NCBI GenBank assembly: GCA_902622595.1
Contig: CACNQM010000006.1
Location: 22,399 to 86,398, forward strand
From: an uncultured Bacteroidota bacterium
GTDB taxonomy: Bacteria; Bacteroidota; Bacteroidia; Flavobacteriales; Flavobacteriaceae
Direction: 5' to 3'
Length of the DNA: 64,000 nt
Position 1 is the first letter of the stretch; the number at the start of each line of letters is the position of its first letter. The notes below the pieces were generated by a model. That model ran no database searches and was not told the DNA's origin. It saw nothing but the letters and a program-made list of their open reading frames with translations. The position numbers and the translations under genes are program-made. This document shows, piece by piece, positions 1 through 10,274 of this stretch.

Positions 1-54
1 TATTTCTTACTCTTTTTGCTCTAGGATATATTTTGACTAGGTTTATATAGTTTG

Positions 55-62
55 TATCTTTG
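55..62 (+). promoter_or_regulatory. candidate Bacteroidota -7 promoter box TATCTTTG upstream of lipA
   Basis: Exact match to TAnnTTTG in sense orientation. It ends 4 nt before the lipA ATG at 67. Confidence 0.35.
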
Positions 63-66
63 TAAG

Positions 67-984
67 ATGTCAGTTTCAAAAACAGTAAACAAAGGATGGG
101 TAAAGCTTAGCTTACCTAAAAAGACATCTGAAAATAAGGTCAGAACTAAAAAGCCAAGCTGGATTCGTGTTAAACTTCCAATTGGGAAAAAATACACTGA
201 GCTTAGATCAACTGTAGAAAAGAATAATCTTCATACAATCTGTGTCTCTGGAAATTGCCCTAATATGGGAGAGTGTTGGACGGAAGGAACTGCTACATTT
301 ATGATTCTTGGAAATATATGTACAAGATCTTGTGGCTTCTGTAACGTTCAGACTGGTAGTCCTCTTCCAGCAGATGAATTTGAACCATTTAAAGTTGCTA
401 GATCAATTAACATAATGGGGGTTAAACATGCTGTCTTGACATCAGTAGATAGAGACGACTTGAAAGATGGAGGTTCTATAATATGGGCTGAAACTGTTAA
501 AGCTGTCAGAGATCTAAATCCAAAAACAACAATAGAGACACTAATACCTGATTTTAAAGGAGAAACTGAGAATATCGATAGAATTATTGAAGTTTCACCC
601 GAAGTTGTTTCACACAATCTTGAAACTGTTAGAAGGCTTACCAGAGAGGTAAGAGTTCAAGCAAAATATGACAGGAGCCTAGATGTATTAAAATATTTAA
701 AAGATAACGGAATAAACAGAACAAAGTCAGGAATTATGCTGGGACTTGGTGAAGAAAAACATGAGGTTTTGGAGACTCTAAATGATCTCATAAATGTTGG
801 AGTAGATATTGTAACTCTTGGTCAATATCTTCAGCCATCAAAAAAACATCTTCCAGTTAACAATTTTATTACCCCTGAAGAATTTAAAGAATATGAAATT
901 ATTGCAAAAGAGATGGGGTTCAGACACGTTGAAAGTGGTCCTCTTGTTAGATCATCATATAAGGCTCACAAACACGTGCTTTAG
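67..984 (+). CDS. lipA: lipoyl synthase
   Basis: ORF 52..984. Radical-SAM motif CTRSCGFC plus auxiliary-cluster motif [12 protein letters not shown]. The ATG at 67 is preferred over the TTG at 52 used by the ORF track. Confidence 0.95.
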   Translation: MSVSKTVNKGWVKLSLPKKTSENKVRTKKPSWIRVKLPIGKKYTELRSTVEKNNLHTICVSGNCPNMGECWTEGTATFMILGNICTRSCGFCNVQTGSPLPADEFEPFKVARSINIMGVKHAVLTSVDRDDLKDGGSIIWAETVKAVRDLNPKTTIETLIPDFKGETENIDRIIEVSPEVVSHNLETVRRLTREVRVQAKYDRSLDVLKYLKDNGINRTKSGIMLGLGEEKHEVLETLNDLINVGVDIVTLGQYLQPSKKHLPVNNFITPEEFKEYEIIAKEMGFRHVESGPLVRSSYKAHKHVL

Positions 985-2006
985 TCTTGATTTAGATATT
1001 CAGAGATAACCTCATCAAAATTAAGTTCATTAACTTCAGAATCAAAATGCATTGATACTTCAATAAAGTAAATATCTCTATCGCTAATCTTTGGTTTAAG
1101 TCTTCCAAAATCTTTTTCAGTAGTCAGTATTTTCTTACCATCAGATAGACTCCTTATTTTCTCTATTGAAAGTTTGTTAAAATTATAATGGTCTGAATAT
1201 TTTAAGTGCTTGAAGTTAAATGCTTTACTTTTAAGAAAGTTAACTAAGTATGAGGAATCTGATATTCCAGTAACTAAAATAAACTCGTTATTAGCTAAAA
1301 TATCAATATTTACTTCATCCAAATCGGATTTAATTTTTTTCTTATAAGATAATGTACTAAAAAAAACCTTCTGATATTCAAGAAGATTCAGAGACTCAAT
1401 AAACAATTTTTTATCATTAACTTGCATATCAATTGGGCATTTTGTCACAACAATAATATCAGCTCTTTTTGAAGAATCTTTATTTTCCCTTAAATTTCCA
1501 ATTGGAAGAATCTCATCCCTATAAAAAGGAAATTGGAAGGTAGTTGACAATATCATTAAACCTGGTTTTACAAATCTATGTTGAAAAACATCATCCCAAA
1601 TACATAATTCTGTATCAGATAAGTTTTTGAGTATAATATTCATACCCTTTCTTCGATCTTCACATACAACTACATTAATTTCAGGATGCTTTGAGAAGAA
1701 TTGAAATGGTTCATCACCTATTTCATATGCATCTGAACTTTTGGAGGCATGAACAAATCCCTTTGTTTTTCTGTTATATCCTCTACTTAGAGTAGTAATT
1801 TTTTTATTTTTCTTAAATTTCTCAATCAGATAATCAACAATTATTGATTTTCCTGTTCCCCCAGTCGATAAATTACCAATACCAATTGTTGGTATTTTAT
1901 ATTCAATTGAGTCGATTAATCCAAAATCAAATAATAAATTTCGAAAAGATGAGTATATACTATATAATACTGAGATTGGGTATAATAAAAATTTCAATTT
2001 TTTCAC
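981..2006 (-). CDS. lpxK: tetraacyldisaccharide 4'-kinase
   Basis: 341 aa with the P-loop [11 protein letters not shown] typical of LpxK. GTG start. Its stop overlaps the lipA stop by 4 nt (convergent). Confidence 0.88.
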   Translation of the reverse strand: MKKLKFLLYPISVLYSIYSSFRNLLFDFGLIDSIEYKIPTIGIGNLSTGGTGKSIIVDYLIEKFKKNKKITTLSRGYNRKTKGFVHASKSSDAYEIGDEPFQFFSKHPEINVVVCEDRRKGMNIILKNLSDTELCIWDDVFQHRFVKPGLMILSTTFQFPFYRDEILPIGNLRENKDSSKRADIIVVTKCPIDMQVNDKKLFIESLNLLEYQKVFFSTLSYKKKIKSDLDEVNIDILANNEFILVTGISDSSYLVNFLKSKAFNFKHLKYSDHYNFNKLSIEKIRSLSDGKKILTTEKDFGRLKPKISDRDIYFIEVSMHFDSEVNELNFDEVISEYLNQD

Positions 2007-2023
2007 CTTGGGAAAGATAATAT

Positions 2024-2031
2024 TATATTTG
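2024..2031 (+). promoter_or_regulatory. candidate -7 promoter box TATATTTG upstream of the Nif3-like gene
   Basis: Exact TAnnTTTG, 18 nt upstream of the ATG at 2050. Confidence 0.4.
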
Positions 2032-2049
2032 CTATGAAACTACACTTAT

Positions 2050-2844
2050 ATGAAAGTTAGTGAAATTAGTGAAATTCTTAATGATTGGATGCCTACATCT
2101 ATCGCAGAAGACTTTGATAATGTTGGGCTAATTGTAGGAAATCCAGAATCTTTAGTTACAAATATTTTAATAACATTAGATACAACTAGTGAGGTGATAG
2201 ATGAAGCTATTAAAAAAGATTGTAATCTTATAATTAGCTATCATCCTATAATTTTTAATGGTTTAAAGAAAATAACATCTGACTCTGGCTATGTTCAAAA
2301 ATCAATAATAAATGCTGTTAAGAATAATATATCTATATATGCAATACATACTTCTTTAGATAACCACCCGGAAGGAATAAGCTATTTTCTGGCAAAAAAA
2401 ATAGGTTTGAAAGACCTTTCAACGCTTATTCCAAAAAAAGATGGATTAAATATAATAAAAACTGGTATGGGTATACTTGGAAAATTAGATCAACCAAAAG
2501 ATGAAAATAGTTTTTTTGATTTAATTAAGGATAAACTAAATATCAAGTACCTTAGACATTCAAAAAAAATAAATAAGACTATATCAAAAGTATCTGTTGT
2601 GGCGGGCTCTGGAAGCTTTGCAATAAAAAACTCATTAGATTCTGAAGTTGATGCATTTATTACTTCAGATCTAAAATATCATAATTTTTTTGAGACAGAT
2701 AATAAAGCTATTCTAGTTGATATTGGTCATTATGAAAGTGAAAACCATATAAAATTGATAATTAAAGAATTTCTTAATAAAAAATTACCTAATTTTACGT
2801 TCCTTTTATCTGAGAACAATAATAACCCAGTAAAATATTATTAA
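2050..2844 (+). CDS. Nif3-like dinuclear metal center protein (YbgI family)
   Basis: 264 aa with motifs ISYHPIIF, AIHTSLD and IGHYESE characteristic of NIF3/YbgI. Confidence 0.85.
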   Translation: MKVSEISEILNDWMPTSIAEDFDNVGLIVGNPESLVTNILITLDTTSEVIDEAIKKDCNLIISYHPIIFNGLKKITSDSGYVQKSIINAVKNNISIYAIHTSLDNHPEGISYFLAKKIGLKDLSTLIPKKDGLNIIKTGMGILGKLDQPKDENSFFDLIKDKLNIKYLRHSKKINKTISKVSVVAGSGSFAIKNSLDSEVDAFITSDLKYHNFFETDNKAILVDIGHYESENHIKLIIKEFLNKKLPNFTFLLSENNNNPVKYY

Positions 2845-2845
2845 A

Positions 2846-3619
2846 ATGGCAAAAAAAGTTGAAACATCGGTCGAAGAAAAGTTAAGAGCTCTTTTTGATC
2901 TTCAGTTAATTGATTCAAGAATTGATCAAATTAGAAGCATTAGAGGTGAACTTCCACTAGAAGTTGAAGATCTTGAAAACGAAATCGAGGGATTAAATAA
3001 AAGACTTTTAAGTTTTGAAGATGAAATTAAAGAGAGTCAGGATGGGATTAAGTTTGAAGAAAACTCAATTAAAACTTCAAAAGAAAATCACAAAAAATAT
3101 GAAGGTGATTTAAAAAAAGTCAGAAATAATAGAGAATATAATGCTATAGTAAAAGAACAGGAATATCAAGAATTAGAAATTAAGCTCTCAGAAAAAAAGA
3201 TTGCTCAATTTAAAGATACAATTGAAAGCAAAACTGTTGTTATTGACGAACTAAAAGAAAAGATTAATGATAAAACATCTCATCTTAAAAGCAAGAACTC
3301 AGAGTTAGGTGAAATTTTAAAAGAGACTGAAAAAGAGGAGAAAGCATTATTGGAGAAGTCAAAGGAATTCGAAAAAAAAATTGAAGACAATCTTATCGCT
3401 GCTTACAAGAGAATTAGATCTAATGTAATAAATGGTCTAGCGATTGTGCCTATAGAGAGAAATGCATCAGGAGGCTCATACTTTACTATACCTCCACAAG
3501 TTCAAATGGAAATCGCCTCAAGGCAAAAAATTATTACTGACGAATATAGTGGTAGAATTTTAGTAGATCCAAAGTTAGCTGAGGAAGAAATGGATAAAAT
3601 GAAATCCATATTCTCTTAA
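2846..3619 (+). CDS. coiled-coil protein of the DUF164 / zinc-ribbon family (cysteine-less ribbon)
   Basis: 257 aa. Long heptad-rich Lys/Glu coiled coil followed by the C-terminal segment ERNASGGSYFTIPPQ...IITDEYSGRILV. It sits 1 nt after the Nif3-like gene, the usual partner arrangement. Confidence 0.8.
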   Translation: MAKKVETSVEEKLRALFDLQLIDSRIDQIRSIRGELPLEVEDLENEIEGLNKRLLSFEDEIKESQDGIKFEENSIKTSKENHKKYEGDLKKVRNNREYNAIVKEQEYQELEIKLSEKKIAQFKDTIESKTVVIDELKEKINDKTSHLKSKNSELGEILKETEKEEKALLEKSKEFEKKIEDNLIAAYKRIRSNVINGLAIVPIERNASGGSYFTIPPQVQMEIASRQKIITDEYSGRILVDPKLAEEEMDKMKSIFS

Positions 3620-4576
3620 TTAAAAAGCAGACTCAGTAACCTTCTCTTTGTTTTCACCATTGAAATAATCCATATATGTAAATCCAGGCTCAACACTATA
3701 TGAACCTACATCTCCATTTTTGTTCATAGCTATATAGGCAACTTGAAATTTATTTTTCTGAGAATTTGATGAAACTATTCTTTTAACTGCAGTTTCACAA
3801 GCTTCTTGTGGTGACTTTCCCTGTCTCATTAGCTCAACTACTAAAAATGATCCAACTGTTTTGAGGACTTCTTCTCCAAGACCAGTTGCAACAGCTCCAC
3901 CTATTTTATTGTCTATGAATAAACCAGACCCAATTATTGGTGAGTCTCCAACTCTCCCTTTCATTTTATAAGCTAAGCCACTTGTTGTACAGGCCCCGGA
4001 AATATTATTATTCTTATCAAGGCATAACATACCAATAGTATCATGATTTTCAATATTAATTACAGGCTTATAGTCTTCATTTTCAAGCCATTTTTTCCAA
4101 TCCTCTTTTGACTTTTCTGTCAGTAAATCTCTCTTTTCATAGCCTTGTGAAATAGCAAATTCTTCAGCACCTTTGCCAGCTAACATAACGTGAGGTGTTT
4201 TTTCCATAACATCTTTTGCAAGTCTAGCAACATTCACAATATTTTCTACAGCAACAACAGAACCGCAATCTCCAAGATGATTCATAACACACGCATCAAG
4301 AGTTACTCTTCCTGATCTATCAGGTGCTCCCCCAAATCCAACTGTGGTATTCTTTGGGTTTTCTTCTTCAATAGCTACTCCAGAAACGGCAGCACTAAGT
4401 CCATCAATCCCTTTATCTAGCATTAATCCAGCTTTTAAATTAGCCTCAGTTGTTTTCCATGTTGAAATTGATCTAACCATATTGTTGTTTATAAACTCTT
4501 TTGCATTGATTTTGGGTGTCATGGAAGAAATTATTCCAATACTAAATATATCAAAAATAAAATTTCGTCTTCTCAT
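3620..4576 (-). CDS. Ntn-hydrolase glycosylasparaginase / isoaspartyl peptidase
   Basis: 318 aa. HDTIGM (autoprocessing Asp|Thr site) and GRVGDSPIIGSG motifs. Twin-arginine type leader MRRRNFIF. Confidence 0.85.
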   Translation of the reverse strand: MRRRNFIFDIFSIGIISSMTPKINAKEFINNNMVRSISTWKTTEANLKAGLMLDKGIDGLSAAVSGVAIEEENPKNTTVGFGGAPDRSGRVTLDACVMNHLGDCGSVVAVENIVNVARLAKDVMEKTPHVMLAGKGAEEFAISQGYEKRDLLTEKSKEDWKKWLENEDYKPVINIENHDTIGMLCLDKNNNISGACTTSGLAYKMKGRVGDSPIIGSGLFIDNKIGGAVATGLGEEVLKTVGSFLVVELMRQGKSPQEACETAVKRIVSSNSQKNKFQVAYIAMNKNGDVGSYSVEPGFTYMDYFNGENKEKVTESAF

Positions 4577-4582
4577 ATTTTT

Positions 4583-5839
4583 TTATTTTAATGCTCTTAA
4601 TCTTTGAATAAGAGGCGGATGTGAATAATGGAAAAATACATAAAGTGGATGTGGGTATATATTAGATAGACTATCGACAGATAATTTTTTTAATGCTAAA
4701 GATAGATCCTCTCCATTAAATGTTTCTTTTGCATAGGCATCTGCTTCAAACTCATTTTTTCTGCTATTGTAATTCATTATAATACCTGACAATATTGATA
4801 TAGGTGAAAAAATAATACTAAAACCTACTAGACCTAAATGAAAACTAGACTCTAAACCACCAAGAGCAATTGAAATCTCAGGGAGTTTGAGACATAATTC
4901 AAAGAAAAAAGACATGATTCCAATCTGAATAATCGACATAATTAATCCAGAGAAAATATGCTTTTTCTTAAAATGACCTACTTCATGAGCAAGTACAGCT
5001 ACGAGTTCGTTCTCTGTATGTTTTTCAATTAAAGTATCATAAAGTGCAATAGTTTTTCTTGGCCCTAAACCACTAAAAAAAGCATTTGCCTTTGTAGATC
5101 TCTTTGACCCATCAATAACATATATATTCTTTAAAAGATACCCAACATCTTTGGAATACTTTTCAATTTTATTTCTCAATTCCCCATCATCTAAAGGAGT
5201 AAGTTTATTAAAAATTGGAACTATTAAATCAGCATAAAACATATTGATAAGAATCATCAATAATGAAAGCCCAATCCACAACCACAACCAGAATCCATCA
5301 TTTAAATTTTCATAGAGGTATAGGGCTAGAAAAAGTAGAATACCCCCAATAAAAAAGGATAATAAAGTTGATTTAATAATATCAATGAAAAATGTCAACT
5401 TAGTTGTTTTGTTAAAACCAAATTTTTCCTCAATTACAAATGTGTTATAATATGAGAAAGGTATTGATATAATAGAATTCAGAATAAATAGAATTAAAAA
5501 GAAAACTCCTGATTGGATAAAATTTGAACTAATTTGAAGTGACTCAAAAGATTTAGAAAGATTAAAGCTAACAAATTGATCAATAATTCCATAACCATTG
5601 AAAAAAATAAGTGAAATTACGAGTAAAAAACTTAATGAACTTGAAAAGAGACTAATCTTATTTTTACTTAATGCGTAATTTTTTGCCTTCTTATATTTCT
5701 CTTTATCATAAAAATCTTTTAACTCGTTTGGAATTTCATCTTTCCAATTTCTATGATTCATATAATCTAAAAGATTTGAAAATAAGTAGTTAAAAATTAC
5801 TAATGAAATAATTATAAAAAACCATAATTGGGCTGTCAT
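4583..5839 (-). CDS. M48 family zinc metallopeptidase (Ste24-like)
   Basis: 418 aa. Multiple N-terminal TM helices, HExxH site HEVGHFKKKH, and a C-terminal FEADAYA segment. Confidence 0.88.
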   Translation of the reverse strand: MTAQLWFFIIISLVIFNYLFSNLLDYMNHRNWKDEIPNELKDFYDKEKYKKAKNYALSKNKISLFSSSLSFLLVISLIFFNGYGIIDQFVSFNLSKSFESLQISSNFIQSGVFFLILFILNSIISIPFSYYNTFVIEEKFGFNKTTKLTFFIDIIKSTLLSFFIGGILLFLALYLYENLNDGFWLWLWIGLSLLMILINMFYADLIVPIFNKLTPLDDGELRNKIEKYSKDVGYLLKNIYVIDGSKRSTKANAFFSGLGPRKTIALYDTLIEKHTENELVAVLAHEVGHFKKKHIFSGLIMSIIQIGIMSFFFELCLKLPEISIALGGLESSFHLGLVGFSIIFSPISILSGIIMNYNSRKNEFEADAYAKETFNGEDLSLALKKLSVDSLSNIYPHPLYVFFHYSHPPLIQRLRALK

Positions 5840-5879
5840 AAATCGAATTTAATTATTTTAGTTTTAAATGTAATGAAAG

Positions 5880-6068
5880 ATGATTAATAAGTATACAATT
5901 ATAGGAACTTTAGGCATTTTAATTTTTAGCTCAGGACTATGCATATTTGGAGAAGCAATTATTAGAAAATATCAAAATTTAGATTTTTTTACAATAGGAA
6001 CAATATCTCTTATTCTAATTAATGCTGGAATATGTATAATGATAAAATCGAAAGAGTTATCTAATTAG
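5880..6068 (+). CDS. small hypothetical membrane protein
   Basis: 62-aa ORF with two hydrophobic helices. No recognisable motif, so coding status is uncertain. Confidence 0.3.
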   Translation: MINKYTIIGTLGILIFSSGLCIFGEAIIRKYQNLDFFTIGTISLILINAGICIMIKSKELSN

Positions 6069-6363
6069 TTTTGTGAGTATCATAAAGGTAAAGTGGTAAT
6101 GCTAGCGAGAAACCTACTAAAAACATGGGGATTAAATATCTAATAATTTTAATTGGTTTCTTTCTAAAATTATATATTAAAAAGATTAAGAAGGATGAGG
6201 CTGCTACTGTTAAATCCATTGATATCATTGAAACAGCATAATTTTCATATAGAAGGCTAAAAAAACCATCCATTGACCAGTTATTTATCTTTAAATAATT
6301 AATAAGATTATAGTAAGGCAATGCTATTCCTAGTATGCATAATATTATATAAATTTTTCTCAT
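6061..6363 (-). CDS. small integral membrane protein (DUF2834-like)
   Basis: 100 aa with 3-4 predicted TM helices. The C-terminal VGFSLALPLYLY resembles DUF2834 from memory. Confidence 0.5.
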   Translation of the reverse strand: MRKIYIILCILGIALPYYNLINYLKINNWSMDGFFSLLYENYAVSMISMDLTVAASSFLIFLIYNFRKKPIKIIRYLIPMFLVGFSLALPLYLYDTHKTN

Positions 6364-6365
6364 AA

Positions 6366-7043
6366 CTAAATTATTATATGTTCTGTGGGTTTTATTATTA
6401 TTAATTCTTTATTTACTTTTTTAAATTCTTCAACAGCTTTTTTTTGATCAATTTCAATTAAACCAAATGTATTAAAGTGGTATCCTAATATTTTATTACA
6501 TTCAATAAAATCTGAGGCAATCATTGCGTCTTTATATCCCATTGTAAAATTATCACCAATTGGAAGTATTGCTAAATCTAAATTATAATTTATTGGAATT
6601 AGCTTCATATCATATGTTAATGCGGTATCACCTGCAATATATATAGACTTGTTATTTGAAGTTATAATAAATCCACCTGGTTGTCCACCATTTGAACCAT
6701 CAGGAAATGTAGAGGTATGAATTGCATTAACATATTTTAACTCACCAAAATCAAAATTCCACTTACCTCCATGATTCATTGGATGACCATTTAATCCCTT
6801 ACTTTGAAAATGACTAACAATTTCAAAATTTGAAATTATTAGCGAGTTGTTATCCTTTGCTAATTTTTCAACATCAAGGGTGTGATCTTGATGTGCATGA
6901 GAAATAAGAATGAAGTCTGGCTTTAAATCATCCAAATTAATTTCAGATGCCATAGGATTACCTGATATAAAGGGATCAACTAATAAATTAAATTCATTGA
7001 TTTGGATTTCTAGGGTTGCATGACCTAAAAAAGTAATTTTCAT
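6366..7043 (-). CDS. metal-dependent hydrolase, MBL fold (UPF0173 family)
   Basis: 225 aa. MKITFLGHATLEI N-terminus and the HxHxDH motif SHAHQDH. Confidence 0.85.
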   Translation of the reverse strand: MKITFLGHATLEIQINEFNLLVDPFISGNPMASEINLDDLKPDFILISHAHQDHTLDVEKLAKDNNSLIISNFEIVSHFQSKGLNGHPMNHGGKWNFDFGELKYVNAIHTSTFPDGSNGGQPGGFIITSNNKSIYIAGDTALTYDMKLIPINYNLDLAILPIGDNFTMGYKDAMIASDFIECNKILGYHFNTFGLIEIDQKKAVEEFKKVNKELIIIKPTEHIII

Positions 7044-7108
7044 TTTTTTTAATTAATTTAATGAAATTGGTTTATATATAGTAATTAAGAAATCAATAAA
7101 TACTAACA

Positions 7109-8023
7109 ATGAGTAACTTAATATTCAGAAAAGATGGAACTGCTCAAGGAGTTGCGAAGCAGAGGTTGATTGAATCAATTGCAAAACCTAATAAACGTGT
7201 TATTTACGACCCCTATGCTAAATATTTTGTAATTGGAGCTAGTATTATAAAGCTTTTAGGACATAAAATTAGTGTCTGGTTAGGAGATAAGATTGTCCAG
7301 GGAATGCATGAACATTTAATCTGCAGAACACGATTTATTGATGATTTAATTGAAGAAAGCACTTCTGCTGGTATTGAACAATACGTTATCCTAGGTGCAG
7401 GCTATGACTCAAGAGCTCATCGTCTAAAACTTCCTCTCAAATTAAAAATATTTGAGGTTGACCAGCCTGAAGTTCAAGGAATAAAGCTATCTAAACTTCC
7501 TAAGAATATATCAAATAGAGAAAATATAATTTATGTTGGTATCGATTTTAACCACCAATCCCTTGAAGAACAACTTTTGAAAGCTGGATTTGATAAAAGT
7601 AAATCAACCATTTATACACTTGAGGGTGTATCACAGTACATTCCAAAAGAATCTCTTGATTTAACCTTAAAGGAACTAGCTAAATTAAATTCAAATTCTA
7701 ATTCAAAAATTTTTATTTCATATGTAAATAAACTTCTTTTACAAGACTCCAAGGCTTGTTTTGGTATCGGTTATTTAAAACCTGAGAAAGCAATTAAATT
7801 TATTACAAATGGAGCAGCAAAGGTAGGTGAGCCATGGATTTCATTTTATTCTGCCGAAGAAATTCAGAAATTACTATCTCAAAATGGGTTTAACTTAATT
7901 GAGAATAAAACATTAGCAGATCTTAATTCTAAATATTTTGCTCCAGTTGGAAGAATGATACCCGAGGAGCATATTTTCAAGCTTGAACATTTTGTAATAG
8001 CTGATAGTATAAATTTTAGCTAA
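7109..8023 (+). CDS. class I SAM-dependent O-methyltransferase (LCM / TIGR00027-like)
   Basis: 304 aa with VILGAGYDSRAHR and FEVDQPEV motifs. Confidence 0.8.
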   Translation: MSNLIFRKDGTAQGVAKQRLIESIAKPNKRVIYDPYAKYFVIGASIIKLLGHKISVWLGDKIVQGMHEHLICRTRFIDDLIEESTSAGIEQYVILGAGYDSRAHRLKLPLKLKIFEVDQPEVQGIKLSKLPKNISNRENIIYVGIDFNHQSLEEQLLKAGFDKSKSTIYTLEGVSQYIPKESLDLTLKELAKLNSNSNSKIFISYVNKLLLQDSKACFGIGYLKPEKAIKFITNGAAKVGEPWISFYSAEEIQKLLSQNGFNLIENKTLADLNSKYFAPVGRMIPEEHIFKLEHFVIADSINFS

Positions 8024-8025
8024 AC

Positions 8026-8778
8026 TTATCTTTTAATTCTTTCTGGATAATCAGTTATGATTGCATCAACTCCCATTGAACGCATTTTTCTAATATTCCT
8101 TGAAGTATTTATTGTGTAGGGGTAAACTTTAATATTTTTTGATTGTATTTTATTTACTATCTCCTTTGTAATAAACTCTTTATTTGGGTTTAGAGAAACA
8201 GCATTGATTTGTTTAGCAAGTTTTATTGCATCATCAATTTTATATAGTGAATCAACAAGAATTGCAATTGGAATGTCCTTATTAAAACTTCTAATTTTTT
8301 TTAATTCATCCCATCTAAAACTTGAAATAATAAATTTTGACACAGGAAAATTATACGTATTTAAATAGTTAATGATAATCTTATTAGTCTCAAAAGCAGT
8401 ATCCTGTCCTTTAAGTTCAATATTTAAAAAAATTTTTTCTGGAATTATATCTACTATTTCTTTGAGCGTAGGAATAAAATACCCTCCAATTAGTTCAATT
8501 TTTTTTATTGAGTCTAAGGATATTTGCTCAATAAATGCATTTGAATTTGATAATCGGCTTAAAAATGGATCGTGATATACTACTAATTCACCAGTTTTTG
8601 ATTTGAATACATCAATTTCGATTCCGTCAACATTTAATTCAATAGCTTTTTGAACTGATTCAATTGTATTTTCAAGCACATGGCCCATTGCACCTCTATG
8701 ACCAATAACTAGAATTTCTTTATTTGAAGTACATGAGTATAAAAGAGCAATAAATAAGAGAAAAATAAAATTTTTCAA
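8026..8778 (-). CDS. glpQ: glycerophosphodiester phosphodiesterase (lipoprotein)
   Basis: 250 aa. Lipobox LLYSC. GDPD motifs IGHRGA and GIEIDV. Last gene of the glp string. Confidence 0.85.
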   Translation of the reverse strand: MKNFIFLLFIALLYSCTSNKEILVIGHRGAMGHVLENTIESVQKAIELNVDGIEIDVFKSKTGELVVYHDPFLSRLSNSNAFIEQISLDSIKKIELIGGYFIPTLKEIVDIIPEKIFLNIELKGQDTAFETNKIIINYLNTYNFPVSKFIISSFRWDELKKIRSFNKDIPIAILVDSLYKIDDAIKLAKQINAVSLNPNKEFITKEIVNKIQSKNIKVYPYTINTSRNIRKMRSMGVDAIITDYPERIKR

Positions 8779-8780
8779 AA

Positions 8781-9536
8781 CTATTTTCTATTTAAAACTG
8801 TAGAAGATGCTTGAGATTTTGCAAGTACTGTGATATCGCTAATATTTACGTTTTCAGGACAATTAATAACATAAGATATTACTTTAGCAATGTCATCTCC
8901 AACTAGAGGATTTAATCCAGCGTAAACAGAGTTGGATCTTTCCTGATCATTTTTAAATCTAACCATTGAAAAGTTTGTTTCAACTAAACCTGGATTAATT
9001 TGAGAGACTTTAATATTATGTTTATTTAAATCAATTCTCATTCCATTGGAAATTGCATCAACAGCAAACTTGGACGCACAGTAGATATTTCCTTTTGGAT
9101 AAACTTCCTTTCCTGCTATTGAACCTATATTAACAATATGTCCCCTATTATTCTCTATCATTATGTCTAAAACATATTTACTAACATAGAGTAACCCTTT
9201 AACGTTTGTGTCAATCATCATATCCCAATCTGATATTTTTCCCTCATGAATAAAATCTAATCCATGAGCATTCCCTGCATTATTTATAAGAATATCAATG
9301 TTTTTCCAATCATCGCTTAAACTTGATATTTTTTCTCTTACATCTTCCTTATCTCTAACATCAAATTCTAAGGTTTTTACATTTGTTTTTTTTGATAGTT
9401 TATTAGATAGCTCATCGAGTTTATCTTTATTTCTTCCACATATTATTATTGAAAACTGATTTGCTAATTCAAATGAAGTTGATTCTCCAATACCAGAAGT
9501 GGCCCCTGTTATTAGTGCAATTTTTTTTTCGCTCAT
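8781..9536 (-). CDS. SDR family NAD(P)-dependent oxidoreductase
   Basis: 251 aa. TGATSGIG cofactor motif, NNAG, and catalytic YCASK. Confidence 0.9.
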   Translation of the reverse strand: MSEKKIALITGATSGIGESTSFELANQFSIIICGRNKDKLDELSNKLSKKTNVKTLEFDVRDKEDVREKISSLSDDWKNIDILINNAGNAHGLDFIHEGKISDWDMMIDTNVKGLLYVSKYVLDIMIENNRGHIVNIGSIAGKEVYPKGNIYCASKFAVDAISNGMRIDLNKHNIKVSQINPGLVETNFSMVRFKNDQERSNSVYAGLNPLVGDDIAKVISYVINCPENVNISDITVLAKSQASSTVLNRK

Positions 9537-10274
9537 TTAGTTAAAATATAAGTATAAAAGACCAGCAGCTACAGCACCAAAAGAGGGTCCTATAACTGGG
9601 ACCCAGCTGTAAGCCCAGTCTGAGATTTTATTTTTTCTTGGAATTAATTGATAGACAATTCTTGGGCCTAAATCTCTAGCAGGATTAATTGCATATCCAG
9701 TTGTCCCGCCTAGACTAAGTCCAATTACCCATACTAATATTCCTACCGGAAGAGCATCGAGTGACCCTATTCCAAAGTTTGCATTCATTCCTTCAATTAA
9801 AATATTTGGCTTTACAATATAAAGAATACCAAAGATTAAAATAAAAGTGGCAAGAAATTCACTAAAAAAATTATTTTTTAAGTTTCTAATTGCAGGTGAA
9901 GTGCAAAAAGAACCCATGACTTTACTCTCATCATTTGTTGATCTATAATGATCAATATAAAAGAGGTACGTTAACCAGCTCCCTAGCATAGCGCCTAGAA
10001 CTTGAGCAATAATATAACCTATCATTAGTTCACTTGAGAATTTTCCAGCAATAACTAAACCAATTGTAACTGCAGGATTTAAATGAGCTCCACTAAATTG
10101 ACCAGTAATGAATGCTGCAACAAACACAGCAAAACCCCATGCAGTTGTGATGGTGATTAATGGAGTCTGATCATAACCCTTTGTTTTTGAAAGACTTACA
10201 TTGGCAACAATGCCAGAACCAAGCAGAAGTAATATAGCTGTTCCAACAAATTCTGCGATATATGGACTAATCAT
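9537..10274 (-). CDS. glpF: MIP-family glycerol uptake facilitator
   Basis: 245 aa with two NPA boxes (HLNPAVT, AINPARD) and six hydrophobic segments. Confidence 0.9.
   Translation of the reverse strand: MISPYIAEFVGTAILLLLGSGIVANVSLSKTKGYDQTPLITITTAWGFAVFVAAFITGQFSGAHLNPAVTIGLVIAGKFSSELMIGYIIAQVLGAMLGSWLTYLFYIDHYRSTNDESKVMGSFCTSPAIRNLKNNFFSEFLATFILIFGILYIVKPNILIEGMNANFGIGSLDALPVGILVWVIGLSLGGTTGYAINPARDLGPRIVYQLIPRKNKISDWAYSWVPVIGPSFGAVAAGLLYLYFN

Noticed and set aside
52-66. The TTG-initiated lipA start given by the ORF track.
   Set aside because: The extra five codons overlap an exact -7 promoter box (55..62). The ATG at 67 gives a normal LipA N-terminus.
348-617. Short track ORFs nested in or antisense to longer genes. 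Examples: 348..617, 818..1009, 4344..4607, 8372..8575, 12019..12231, 13134..13319, 15328..15787, the 20980..22080 set, 27029..27241, 30292..31819 set, 34054..34272, 36053..36265, 37524..37724, 41695..42097, 42286..42498, 42630..42845, 47554..47820, 48051..48269, 49326..50112, 50836..51048, 52977..53389, 54441..56765 set, 57911..58420, 62009..62236, 62449..62748, 62792..63040, 63467..63781.
   Set aside because: Each lies inside or opposite an ORF with clear family motifs. They have low-complexity Ser/Ile/Phe/Leu-rich translations and no start context of their own. These are typical shadow ORFs, not overlapping genes.
5880-6363. Two small convergent, 8-nt-overlapping membrane ORFs as a toxin-antitoxin or bacteriocin-immunity pair.
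   Set aside because: They are convergent rather than co-transcribed and both are simply hydrophobic. One resembles a conserved DUF2834 membrane protein. Coding status of the 62-aa ORF is itself doubtful.
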